From positions 1 to 26,254 of the forward strand of contig JAHFER010000011.1 of the NCBI GenBank assembly GCA_023248365.1: a DNA stretch of 26,254 nucleotides. The letters are read 5' to 3'. Origin of the DNA: Nitrospirota bacterium (GTDB lineage: Bacteria > Nitrospirota > 9FT-COMBO-42-15 > HDB-SIOI813). The position numbers and the translations under genes are program-made. Shown piece after piece: positions 1-7,299 of this stretch (positions are counted from its first letter, which is position 1; each line of letters opens with the position of its first letter). The notes under the pieces were generated by a model, which did no database searches, had not been told where the DNA came from, and saw nothing but the letters and a program-made list of their open reading frames with translations.

Positions 1-35
1 TCCTTAAAGGAAGCACAAAAAAAGTGTAACAGTTT

Positions 36-116
36 ACCGCAGAGGACGCAGAGAGCGGAGAGAGAATTTATTGATTATAAAGGATTTTCCTCCGTGTCCT
101 CCGCGCTCTCTGCGGT
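36..116. repeat. REP/MITE-like palindromic element built from 9-bp CGCAGAG-type units
   Basis: The left arm ACCGCAGAGGACGCAGAGAGCGGAGAG pairs imperfectly with the right arm CTCCGTGTCCTCCGCGCTCTCTGCGGT around an AT-rich spacer. The ends resemble those of the elements at 10326-10505 and 11957-12137. Confidence 0.75.
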
Positions 117-163
117 GAATTATTACAAAAACATTAAGTTCATTAGGTGTCGCCGTCAGGTGT

Positions 164-1306
164 TTACTTACCGAATTGAATTTCAATAGTAGTCATTAAT
201 GCATAGACGGGGTTATTTTGACCCCTTCCATACCTGGGCCAGGTAACTTCAGGCATCAACTCAAAAAAGAGCCAGGGCCTGTAAAAATTTCGCCGATACC
301 GTGAACCAATCCGGCTATTTTGAATGGCCCACTTAGGATGATTCACTCCCCACATACTGGTATCATAAGAAATTGCGCTCTTGTTTGACAATTGAGTGAT
401 AAGACTGATCCCGGTATTCCAGGTTATATTGTCTGTGTCCTCAGTATAGGTTGCGTAATTGCTCCAACGGAGGAGCCTAAAAGTGGTGATTTTTCGTTCA
501 AGATCGAGCTGCGACGTTTCAGTGAAATGTTCAACAGCCCTCTGTAGAACAGTTTCGGTAAAGCGTGTGAGGTAAACATCACCAAATGGCTTCGAGTACT
601 GGTATCGCACCCTGATGAAGGGATCGGGGGGTACATGGACTATGATACCGGTATCAATACTGACAAGTGAACGGAGCCAATTAAAAAAATCGACTCGTAC
701 CCCAAAGGTGGTTTTCCTGTTTCCTGTTGCCGGGTCAACTCCAGGATTGGCAGGCTGACCGGGCTGGGTAGTGAATTTGTCAGCATCAGATCCGGAAACG
801 ATAAAAAAACCTGTTTTTTTCAGCAACTTCTCCAAATGTGGCAGATCCCACCGGAGACTGAAATCGCGGATGGAATCTACATTCCCCCCCTCAGTCCACC
901 GGATGGAATCTCTCAGGCTGACGAAAAAACCTGGCCGGACGTTTTCCAACACGAGGGCTTCACCAAAAAAGTTATCAAACCACACCGCTGGTTCACAGAG
1001 GTTTTTATCCACAAAAACATGCGTCTGGTCCAGCCATGTCCCTCCGGCTGCCCCGGCAGATGAACATGAATTTATCTTCAGCTGAGCCTTCTCGGGTTTT
1101 GCGGTTTTTGCCTCAGGTTGAGGTATTGAGCTGGTTTTACTTTCGTGCTGTTCACCTGTAGTTGAAGATGAGTTCTGAAGGGTATTAGTTTCCGTACTCT
1201 CTACCGGGTTATCTGTTGTAGCCGGATTTTTTACCGGCGTCCCAGGTGTTTGAGCGCTTGCACCCTGAAAACCGGCCAGGAGCAAAACGAGCAGGTAGAA
1301 TACCAT
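164..1306 (-). CDS. Exported protein, probable outer-membrane beta-barrel with a low-complexity N-terminal linker
   Basis: 380-aa ORF with a Sec signal (MVFYLLVLLLAGFQGASA) and a Pro/Thr/Ser/Glu-rich linker. The rest shows alternating amphipathic strand patterns and ends with a near-terminal Phe (IEIQFGK). Family not identified. Confidence 0.6.
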   Translation of the reverse strand: MVFYLLVLLLAGFQGASAQTPGTPVKNPATTDNPVESTETNTLQNSSSTTGEQHESKTSSIPQPEAKTAKPEKAQLKINSCSSAGAAGGTWLDQTHVFVDKNLCEPAVWFDNFFGEALVLENVRPGFFVSLRDSIRWTEGGNVDSIRDFSLRWDLPHLEKLLKKTGFFIVSGSDADKFTTQPGQPANPGVDPATGNRKTTFGVRVDFFNWLRSLVSIDTGIIVHVPPDPFIRVRYQYSKPFGDVYLTRFTETVLQRAVEHFTETSQLDLERKITTFRLLRWSNYATYTEDTDNITWNTGISLITQLSNKSAISYDTSMWGVNHPKWAIQNSRIGSRYRRNFYRPWLFFELMPEVTWPRYGRGQNNPVYALMTTIEIQFGK

Positions 1307-1870
1307 TAATGTGAAATAGCTTAAATATCCCGTAACAATTACTATGCAATGTTTAGTTCTTATATAAGCTCCCGGATTATTATAAAATGGTATGAAGATA
1401 TCATTTTATAATAGCATAAATGAAGAGGAGGATGAAGCATGAACAGTTGCGTCCCAGGTTACACATAAACCTTGTTCTGCTATTTTATCCCCAGAAAAGC
1501 AAATGCCTGGCACTATTACTTATACATTTCATAAGGTAGTAGAATAGGCTATACCTACATCTAAATAAAAAATAATTACAGGAAATTATAATTCCGTATA
1601 GACCACCAGGATACTTTCTTTCTGTATATAATATATACACTGATTATTATTTATACGGTTTCTTAAAAATAGTCTGACCCTTTACAGTACTTTTTTTAGC
1701 ACGATTTTATCATATTCTCAGTTTGAGTGATTCCTGAACTGCATTTTTTCTGATAGAGGGGATAATAGGTTGTATATTTGTTATAGTATGGGGGCGGGAA
1801 CCCCTGCCTGTTGAGGAGTCAGCAATTGCCTAACTAACGTGTGGAATTTTACGAATTACTCAATGCACTA

Positions 1871-1886
1871 TGGTATAAAGTTTGCA
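1871..1886 (+). promoter_or_regulatory. sigma54 (-24/-12) promoter
   Basis: TGGTATAAAGTTTGCA matches TGGYAYR-N4-TTGCW exactly, with GG-N10-GC spacing. It lies 46 bp upstream of the ATG at 1933, which has a GGAGG SD at 1921-1925. Confidence 0.7.
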
Positions 1887-1932
1887 TAATAATCTTCGAG
1901 CTTTAGAAATTACACATAATGGAGGTTAAGAA

Positions 1933-3378
1933 ATGGAGAAAATGAGCTTGAGTCGTTTGTCTAAGATTGCAACCATCACCTTAGGAAATTTGGTGGTCGG
2001 TATTGGGCTACTGAGCCTGACAGCCACAGATGTATACGCTAAGCCTAAATGTACCATTACAGGTACCCCTGGGAACGATGTTATACACGGCACCCCTGGA
2101 AATGACGTGATTTGTGCAGGGGATGGAGATGATATCGTGTATGGAGAAGGAGGAAATGACATCATCTATGGAGGCAATGGTAATGATACGCTTTATGGAG
2201 GAGATGGTAACGATAAACTCTTTGGCGAGAATGGCATTGATACTCTTTTCGGAGATGCTGGTGATGACAGGCTTTCCGGCGGGAACGGTGATGACCAGCT
2301 AAGCGGCGGGCTTGGCAATGATACCCTGTATGGCGATGCTGGTAACGATTCGCTATTTGGAGAAGATGGTAATGATGCGCTTTCCGGTGGAAGCGGTGAT
2401 GACCAGCTAAGCGGCGGGCTTGGTAATGATACCCTAAAGGGCGATGCTGGTAACGATACACTATCAGGCGATGATGGTGACGATATTCTTTCAGGCGGAG
2501 CTGGTAATGACCACCTAAGCGGCGGGCTTGGTAATGATACCCTGAGGGGCGATGCTGGTAATGATATTCTATCTGGAGATGATGGGGACGATAAGCTTTC
2601 CGGCGGAGCTGGAAATGACCAGATAAATGGCGGGCCAGGCAATGATACCCTGTCGGGTGATGCTGGTAATGATGCTCTATTTGGTGATGATGGTGACGAT
2701 AAGCTTTCCGGCGGGAGTGGAAATGATCAGCTAAGCGGCGGGCTTGGTAATGATACCCTAAAGGGCGATGCTGGTAACGATACACTATCAGGCGATGATG
2801 GTGACGATATCCTCTCCGGCGGAGCTGGAAATGACCAGGAAAATGGCGGGCCTGGCAATGATACCCTTTCGGGCGACGGTGGTAACGATACCTTATCCGG
2901 CGATGATGGTAACGATACCCTTTCCGGCGGGAGTGGTTCAGACCAGCTTAACGGTGGGATGGGGACAGATACGATCTCTTATGAAAACTGTCTATCGGCT
3001 GTAACCGTAGATCTGTCCACCAACAGTGCCAAAGGCGGTTGCGGATCTGACCTCCTCACCGATGATGAAGATGTTATTGGCAGCCAGTATAATGATATGT
3101 TGACAGGTAATGAAGGCACTAATGTTATAGCTGGTCTTGGTGGAAACGATACCATAAACGGTGGTGCTGGCGATGATAACCTTATAGGAGGTGACGGTGA
3201 TGACAACTTGTACGGTGGGATAGGATCGGACACTATAGATGGTGGAGCCGGTGATGACTTACTTGACGGGGGTCAAGATAATGATACTGATTATTTGACC
3301 GGTGGTACGGGTAATGATCATTCCTCAGGAACTACAGGTCAGGATGCCTTAGAAACTGACATAGAATTAGAAGATTAA
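1933..3378 (+). CDS. RTX/hemolysin-type Ca2+-binding nonapeptide repeat protein with an N-terminal signal peptide
   Basis: Dozens of GGxGxDxLx repeats, a DTISY...VTVDL...[13 protein letters not shown] module, a signal peptide ending VYA, and a good SD. Confidence 0.9.
   Translation: MEKMSLSRLSKIATITLGNLVVGIGLLSLTATDVYAKPKCTITGTPGNDVIHGTPGNDVICAGDGDDIVYGEGGNDIIYGGNGNDTLYGGDGNDKLFGENGIDTLFGDAGDDRLSGGNGDDQLSGGLGNDTLYGDAGNDSLFGEDGNDALSGGSGDDQLSGGLGNDTLKGDAGNDTLSGDDGDDILSGGAGNDHLSGGLGNDTLRGDAGNDILSGDDGDDKLSGGAGNDQINGGPGNDTLSGDAGNDALFGDDGDDKLSGGSGNDQLSGGLGNDTLKGDAGNDTLSGDDGDDILSGGAGNDQENGGPGNDTLSGDGGNDTLSGDDGNDTLSGGSGSDQLNGGMGTDTISYENCLSAVTVDLSTNSAKGGCGSDLLTDDEDVIGSQYNDMLTGNEGTNVIAGLGGNDTINGGAGDDNLIGGDGDDNLYGGIGSDTIDGGAGDDLLDGGQDNDTDYLTGGTGNDHSSGTTGQDALETDIELED
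2278..2925 (+). repeat. Six tandem 108-bp (36-aa, 4 x nonapeptide) super-repeats inside the RTX gene
   Basis: Units start at 2278, 2386, 2494, 2602, 2710 and 2818. An 83-bp stretch is identical at 2404-2486 and 2728-2810. Confidence 0.9.
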
Positions 3379-3421
3379 TAAGATTTGAGTCTTACATTGT
3401 TTGTCGTAAGTTTTTTTATCT

Positions 3422-3453
3422 GGTTCCCAGGCCCTGCCTGGGAACCTTTTTTT
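3422..3453 (+). terminator. Rho-independent terminator of the RTX gene
   Basis: Perfect 10-bp stem GGTTCCCAGG-ccctg-CCTGGGAACC followed by T7. Confidence 0.9.
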
Positions 3454-3587
3454 ATAACTATTCCCCCCTGTAAATCCTCTGACACAAATATGCTGACACA
3501 ATTTTTACTTGGTTCGTCTCTACCGTAGTTCTTTAATGATTTGATCCCTTTGATTATTCGGATGTATATTCTTTCATGAAAATCTTT

Positions 3588-4139
3588 TCACCGGCCATCG
3601 TTCAACATTTCCCTCGCCTTATCAAAGGCATCACTTGCCTCCTTGTCCCGTCCCATTCGTTCGTAAATCTTGCCTAAGGTATCGTAGTAGTATCCCAAAT
3701 GGTAAGGATTGGCTGAAATGGCCTCTTTTGCCAGTTTTTCTGCCTCCTCAGTTTTACCAGTGGACAGATACAGCATGGCCATGTTGTTCAATAGATCTCC
3801 GTTTTTTGGGTCGAGCTTTAGCGCCTTTTTATAATACCTGCCGGCCTTCTTGTATTCGCCCTTTTGCAGATGGCTGTTTCCGATTGATATCAGGGCCTTG
3901 AGGTTTCCAGGGTCGTTATTTAACGCCTCCTCTGCCTCCTTTATGGCCAGGTCATATTCACCCTTTTCTTCGTATATAGATGCCAGGTCTGCATGTTCTT
4001 TTGCGCTTAAAGGGTCTTTAGCTATTACTATCCTGGACATGATGCTGCAGCCAGAAAGGATAGTGCATAGTGAAGCGTAAATAAAGAAAAGTAAAAATAC
4101 CTTAAAATATGAGATGTGAGATGTAAGGTTAAACCTCAT
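3588..4139 (-). CDS. TPR-repeat lipoprotein
   Basis: TPR motifs (ALISIGNSHL..GEYKKAGRYYKKALKLDP; LLNNMAMLYL) and lipobox LSGC. The start was moved from 4199 to the ATG at 4139, which has an upstream AGGAG. Confidence 0.8.
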   Translation of the reverse strand: MRFNLTSHISYFKVFLLFFIYASLCTILSGCSIMSRIVIAKDPLSAKEHADLASIYEEKGEYDLAIKEAEEALNNDPGNLKALISIGNSHLQKGEYKKAGRYYKKALKLDPKNGDLLNNMAMLYLSTGKTEEAEKLAKEAISANPYHLGYYYDTLGKIYERMGRDKEASDAFDKAREMLNDGR

Positions 4140-4330
4140 AAATTCTGACTCCTGACTTCTTGTTGACAGAGCTATTGTCCAGTTTCTTCCTTGATTCATC
4201 GTATCCGACAGCTACTATGTAGTGTCTCCTCGGTACTATGGAGTTTCCTATATGATGGATGACAAGCTGTCAATAACAAGAATAATAGTAGAAAGACTTT
4301 ATGTAATGTGGAAAGCATAATTCAAATGGA

Positions 4331-4349
4331 GGCCCCGATGAACGGGGCC
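4331..4349. terminator. GC-rich hairpin just after the PA2779-family gene (terminator or mRNA stabiliser)
   Basis: GGCCCCG-atgaa-CGGGGCC, 8 bp beyond the stop codon. The U-tract on the minus strand is weak. Confidence 0.45.
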
Positions 4350-4357
4350 GTTTAAAA

Positions 4358-4759
4358 TTACTTAATAATAATCCTGTGATTGGTTAACTGCAAGAGGATA
4401 ACAAATAAGATAGCTATAACTAGGAGCGTTACTATAATCCCAAGACCACCGTCGCCGCCACCCTGCACCTGGTCAAGGTGTGAGGCTAACTGATGCAGGT
4501 CTGCATCGGAGAAGGTTGCGACCTTAATTTTGACCTCTTCCGGATTAAGTCCCAGGTCCATCAGTCTCTGTGATACAACCTTTGATTCCATGACACCTTG
4601 AACTCTGGCCATGTCAACCTGTCTTGACCCATTAGATGCCAGGTGAGAAGGTATAATGCCGGCGCTTCCAGCCCTTGGTACCGAGAATACGACCAGCATA
4701 GCAATGGCTACATACCACACAAGAGAATGGCTTAATAATGCCTTTCTTAATTTTTGCAT
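4358..4759 (-). CDS. PA2779-family protein
   Basis: Signal-like N-terminus, the motif RL.DLG..PEE....V...SD..L..LA..LDQ...GG.G, and a C-terminal TM helix. The ATG at 4759 follows an AAAGGAGG SD. Confidence 0.8.
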   Translation of the reverse strand: MQKLRKALLSHSLVWYVAIAMLVVFSVPRAGSAGIIPSHLASNGSRQVDMARVQGVMESKVVSQRLMDLGLNPEEVKIKVATFSDADLHQLASHLDQVQGGGDGGLGIIVTLLVIAILFVILLQLTNHRIIIK

Positions 4760-4862
4760 TAAAATCACCTCCTTTCAAATCAAATATGTTATTAGCTAAA
4801 GGCTTTTTGGATTAATATAGTTACAGATTTAAGATAAGAGCGTTAAATTTCCTCTCATGCTA

Positions 4863-6461
4863 TTATTTCGTAAAGTATTTCATAGTGAAATGCTGCTGAC
4901 CGATTGTAAGGATGTTGTTTACCATCCAATATAGCACCAATCCTGAAGGAAAGTTTAAGAAGAAGAATGTAAAGATTACAGGCATAATTAACATCATCTT
5001 TGCCTGAGTCGGATCAACTGTGGTAGGAGTCATCTTCTGCTGTACAAGCATGGTGATTCCCATAATGATTGGCATTACATAATACGGGTCCTTTGTCGAG
5101 AGGTCCTGTACCCATAGAAAGAAAGGGGACTGCCTTAATTCAATGGTATTGGCAAGCAGGTTGTATAGTCCCATGAATACTGGTAACTGTAATACCATTG
5201 GCAGGCATCCGCCAAGAGGATTAACCTTGTGGTTCTTGTAAAGCTCCATCATGGCCTTGTTCAGCTCTGCCCTGTTGTCTTTGTATTTCTTCTGAAGTTT
5301 TTGTATCTCAGGCTGAAGTTTCTGCATACCCTTCATAGACTTGAAACTCTTATATGTAAGGGGAGTAAAGACTACTCTTACTATCGCCGTAAGAAATATT
5401 ATAGCAATACCATAGTTATGAGTAATATTATAGAAGAATTGGAGAATGGAGAATAAACCCCTTGCCAGCCAGCTTATAGCTGATACCTCCCACACGATAA
5501 ACCATCCAAAGGATATGCTGTGGTCAAGTCCTACACCGAATGACTTTAATCGTTTATATTCCTTTGGCCCGGCATAGAGTATGAAAGATGATTGTTTTCC
5601 GCCAGGAACCTCAATCTCAGACTGTACATCCTTATCAGAGGTCTTTATGATAATTACCTTGTTTATTTTATCCTTTGGAATAAGGGCTGAGATAAAGTAC
5701 TTGTCCTGCACAGATGCCCATTTTATCTCTCCCTCATGATAAATCGGCCCGGTTATCTTTTTTATCTTGTCTCTTATTACCTTTGTGCCAACCATGGTAG
5801 AGGGGCCTACAAATCCAACTATACGTTCCTCTCCCCATTCGGATATGCCGAAGTTAGAACCTGTAGAAATTGTATAATTCCCGCCTGCATTTACAGGAAT
5901 TATATCTACATCTACATTGTAGGACTCATTATGAAATGTGAAGGTCTTCTTCAGGCCCTTGCCGCTTTTCGGGTCAACAAATGAAAAGCTTAGAGCAGCT
6001 TTTGGATTTTTGCTGTTAAGGGTTATGTCACCGCCGTCTATACTGAACAGCCCATTTTTAATAATGTTATTTAGCTCAGGGTCATTGAGCTTAACTGACA
6101 TTGGGAAAGCCCCGACCACCTTATTCCCGGGATCAAATAAAACTACTTTATTTTGTTTTTTTAAGTCGAGCCAGTATTTTTTTAATTCCCAGCGCTTTAT
6201 TACTCCGCCCCTGTTTGTGAAAACGGTTTTATAGAGATCCGTCTCAACAGTGATAGTCTTTTCTTCCCCGGCCATTTTACCGGATAGGGGTAAGGCTTCT
6301 GATTGTGAAACAGGTGTGGACTCTGCCGGATTCTGAACAGGTTGTACGGTTTGTTGGGTTTTTGGTGGTGATGGCGGTGTTGGCGCTAAATATTGATAGC
6401 CAATCAGTACAAGTACTGACAACACTATTGCTATTAAAACCCTTTTTTCCATGCCTTCCAT
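4863..6461 (-). CDS. yidC: Membrane protein insertase YidC
   Basis: N-terminal TM helix and periplasmic domain, YAGPKEY, NYGIAII.LT, NPLGGCLPMVLQLPVF, FPSGLVLYW. Context rpmH-rnpA-yidD-yidC. Confidence 0.97.
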   Translation of the reverse strand: MEGMEKRVLIAIVLSVLVLIGYQYLAPTPPSPPKTQQTVQPVQNPAESTPVSQSEALPLSGKMAGEEKTITVETDLYKTVFTNRGGVIKRWELKKYWLDLKKQNKVVLFDPGNKVVGAFPMSVKLNDPELNNIIKNGLFSIDGGDITLNSKNPKAALSFSFVDPKSGKGLKKTFTFHNESYNVDVDIIPVNAGGNYTISTGSNFGISEWGEERIVGFVGPSTMVGTKVIRDKIKKITGPIYHEGEIKWASVQDKYFISALIPKDKINKVIIIKTSDKDVQSEIEVPGGKQSSFILYAGPKEYKRLKSFGVGLDHSISFGWFIVWEVSAISWLARGLFSILQFFYNITHNYGIAIIFLTAIVRVVFTPLTYKSFKSMKGMQKLQPEIQKLQKKYKDNRAELNKAMMELYKNHKVNPLGGCLPMVLQLPVFMGLYNLLANTIELRQSPFFLWVQDLSTKDPYYVMPIIMGITMLVQQKMTPTTVDPTQAKMMLIMPVIFTFFFLNFPSGLVLYWMVNNILTIGQQHFTMKYFTK

Positions 6462-6470
6462 TGCTTAACT

Positions 6471-6686
6471 CTACCTTACCGGATCAAAACCGCCGGGATG
6501 AAAAGGATGACATCTTAGTAATCTGAAGATGACCTTACTCATACCTTTAATGGATCCATATTTTTGTATTGCGTCAATTGAATACTGAGAACAAGTGGGA
6601 TAAAACCTGCATGATGGCGGTTTTAAAATAGAGAAGCATTTCTGATATACAGAGATTAATAAAATCAAGAGTTTTTTTAAAGGCAT
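6471..6686 (-). CDS. yidD: Membrane protein insertion efficiency factor YidD
   Basis: [10 protein letters not shown] and [13 protein letters not shown] motifs. Confidence 0.96.
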   Translation of the reverse strand: MPLKKLLILLISVYQKCFSILKPPSCRFYPTCSQYSIDAIQKYGSIKGMSKVIFRLLRCHPFHPGGFDPVR

Positions 6687-6688
6687 GT

Positions 6689-7024
6689 CTAAGCTCCCAG
6701 ATGCTTTATTAAGTTTCCAAAGGCTTCGTCTGCATCTTTAAATTTTATGCCCAGCATCCCGTCACGGGCTACGAGCACTATATCCATGCCCATACCTTTT
6801 ATATCGTCTCTCAATCTTATCACTTCTCTGATCAACCTCTTTACCCTGTTTCTTTTTACAGCATTGCCCAGCTTTTTACTTGCAGATATTCCGAACCGGC
6901 TGTACCCAAGATTGTTTTTAATATAATAAAGGACAAAAAAACGGTTGGACTTTCTACGCCCATTTTTGTAGATGAAACGGTACTCCCATCCCTTCCGGAT
7001 TTTATATTTTGAATTTTTCACCAA
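6689..7024 (-). CDS. rnpA: Ribonuclease P protein component
   Basis: [25 protein letters not shown] (RNR motif). The start is TTG 7024 or GTG 7021. Confidence 0.95.
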   Translation of the reverse strand: MVKNSKYKIRKGWEYRFIYKNGRRKSNRFFVLYYIKNNLGYSRFGISASKKLGNAVKRNRVKRLIREVIRLRDDIKGMGMDIVLVARDGMLGIKFKDADEAFGNLIKHLGA

Positions 7025-7053
7025 CTGACCATATTATAAAGCCCATAGGGAGC

Positions 7054-7188
7054 TTAAACTGTCAGCTTAGCCCGTCCTTTGGCCCTTCTTCTGGCAATGA
7101 TCTTCCTTCCGTTTTTAGTCCTCATCCTAAGCCTGAATCCGTGAGTCCTTTTCCTGCTAAGGTTATGCGGCCTGTATGTTACTGACAT
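7054..7188 (-). CDS. rpmH: 50S ribosomal protein L34 (below the ORF-track length cutoff)
   Basis: Manual translation [44 protein letters not shown], with SD AAAGGAGGAG at 7191-7200. Confidence 0.97.
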   Translation of the reverse strand: MSVTYRPHNLSRKRTHGFRLRMRTKNGRKIIARRRAKGRAKLTV

Positions 7189-7214
7189 AACTCCTCCTTT
7201 GAATAAAGAAGGAA

Positions 7215-7242
7215 ATTATAACTTAATTAGTTGAAATGTCAA
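7215..7242 (-). promoter_or_regulatory. sigma70 promoter of the rpmH operon
   Basis: TTGACA (7242-7237), 16-bp spacer, TATAAT (7220-7215) on the minus strand. Confidence 0.8.
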
Positions 7243-7261
7243 CTAATTTCTATTTACTTAT

Positions 7262-7290
7262 TTGAAACGTGATTTAAATAAGTTTATAAT
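7262..7290 (+). promoter_or_regulatory. sigma70 promoter of putA
   Basis: TTGAAA (7262-7267), 17-bp spacer, TATAAT (7285-7290). Confidence 0.75.
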
Positions 7291-7299
7291 CTCTTAAAT

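Noticed and set aside
1005-1013. Perfect DnaA box TTATCCACA
   Set aside because: It is a single copy inside a CDS, with no cluster or unwinding element, so there is no support for oriC here.
1420-1540. SD-like GAGGAGG followed by a 9-aa ORF (1439-1468, MNSCVPGYT) and an overlapping 39-aa ORF
   Set aside because: Both are too short and lack recognisable features or a terminator. They cannot be distinguished from chance or a decayed gene start.
1788-1860. GC-rich hairpin GGCGGG-aacc-CCTGCC as a possible riboswitch upstream of the RTX gene
   Set aside because: I could not match it to c-di-GMP, c-di-AMP, ZTP, yybP-ykoY or fluoride aptamer cores, and it lies upstream of the predicted sigma54 start site.
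1926-3233. Antisense and alternate-frame ORFs over the RTX gene (His/Gln/Arg-rich and Ser/Pro-rich)
   Set aside because: These are shadows of the GGN-GAT codon periodicity of the nonapeptide repeats.
3478-3500. CTGACACAA direct repeat (two copies, 14-bp period)
   Set aside because: It lies between convergent gene ends with no promoter context, so it is probably chance.
7018-7032. Four-codon uORF (MVSW) whose TGA overlaps the rnpA GTG
   Set aside because: Such mini-ORFs arise often by chance, and it has no SD or other support.
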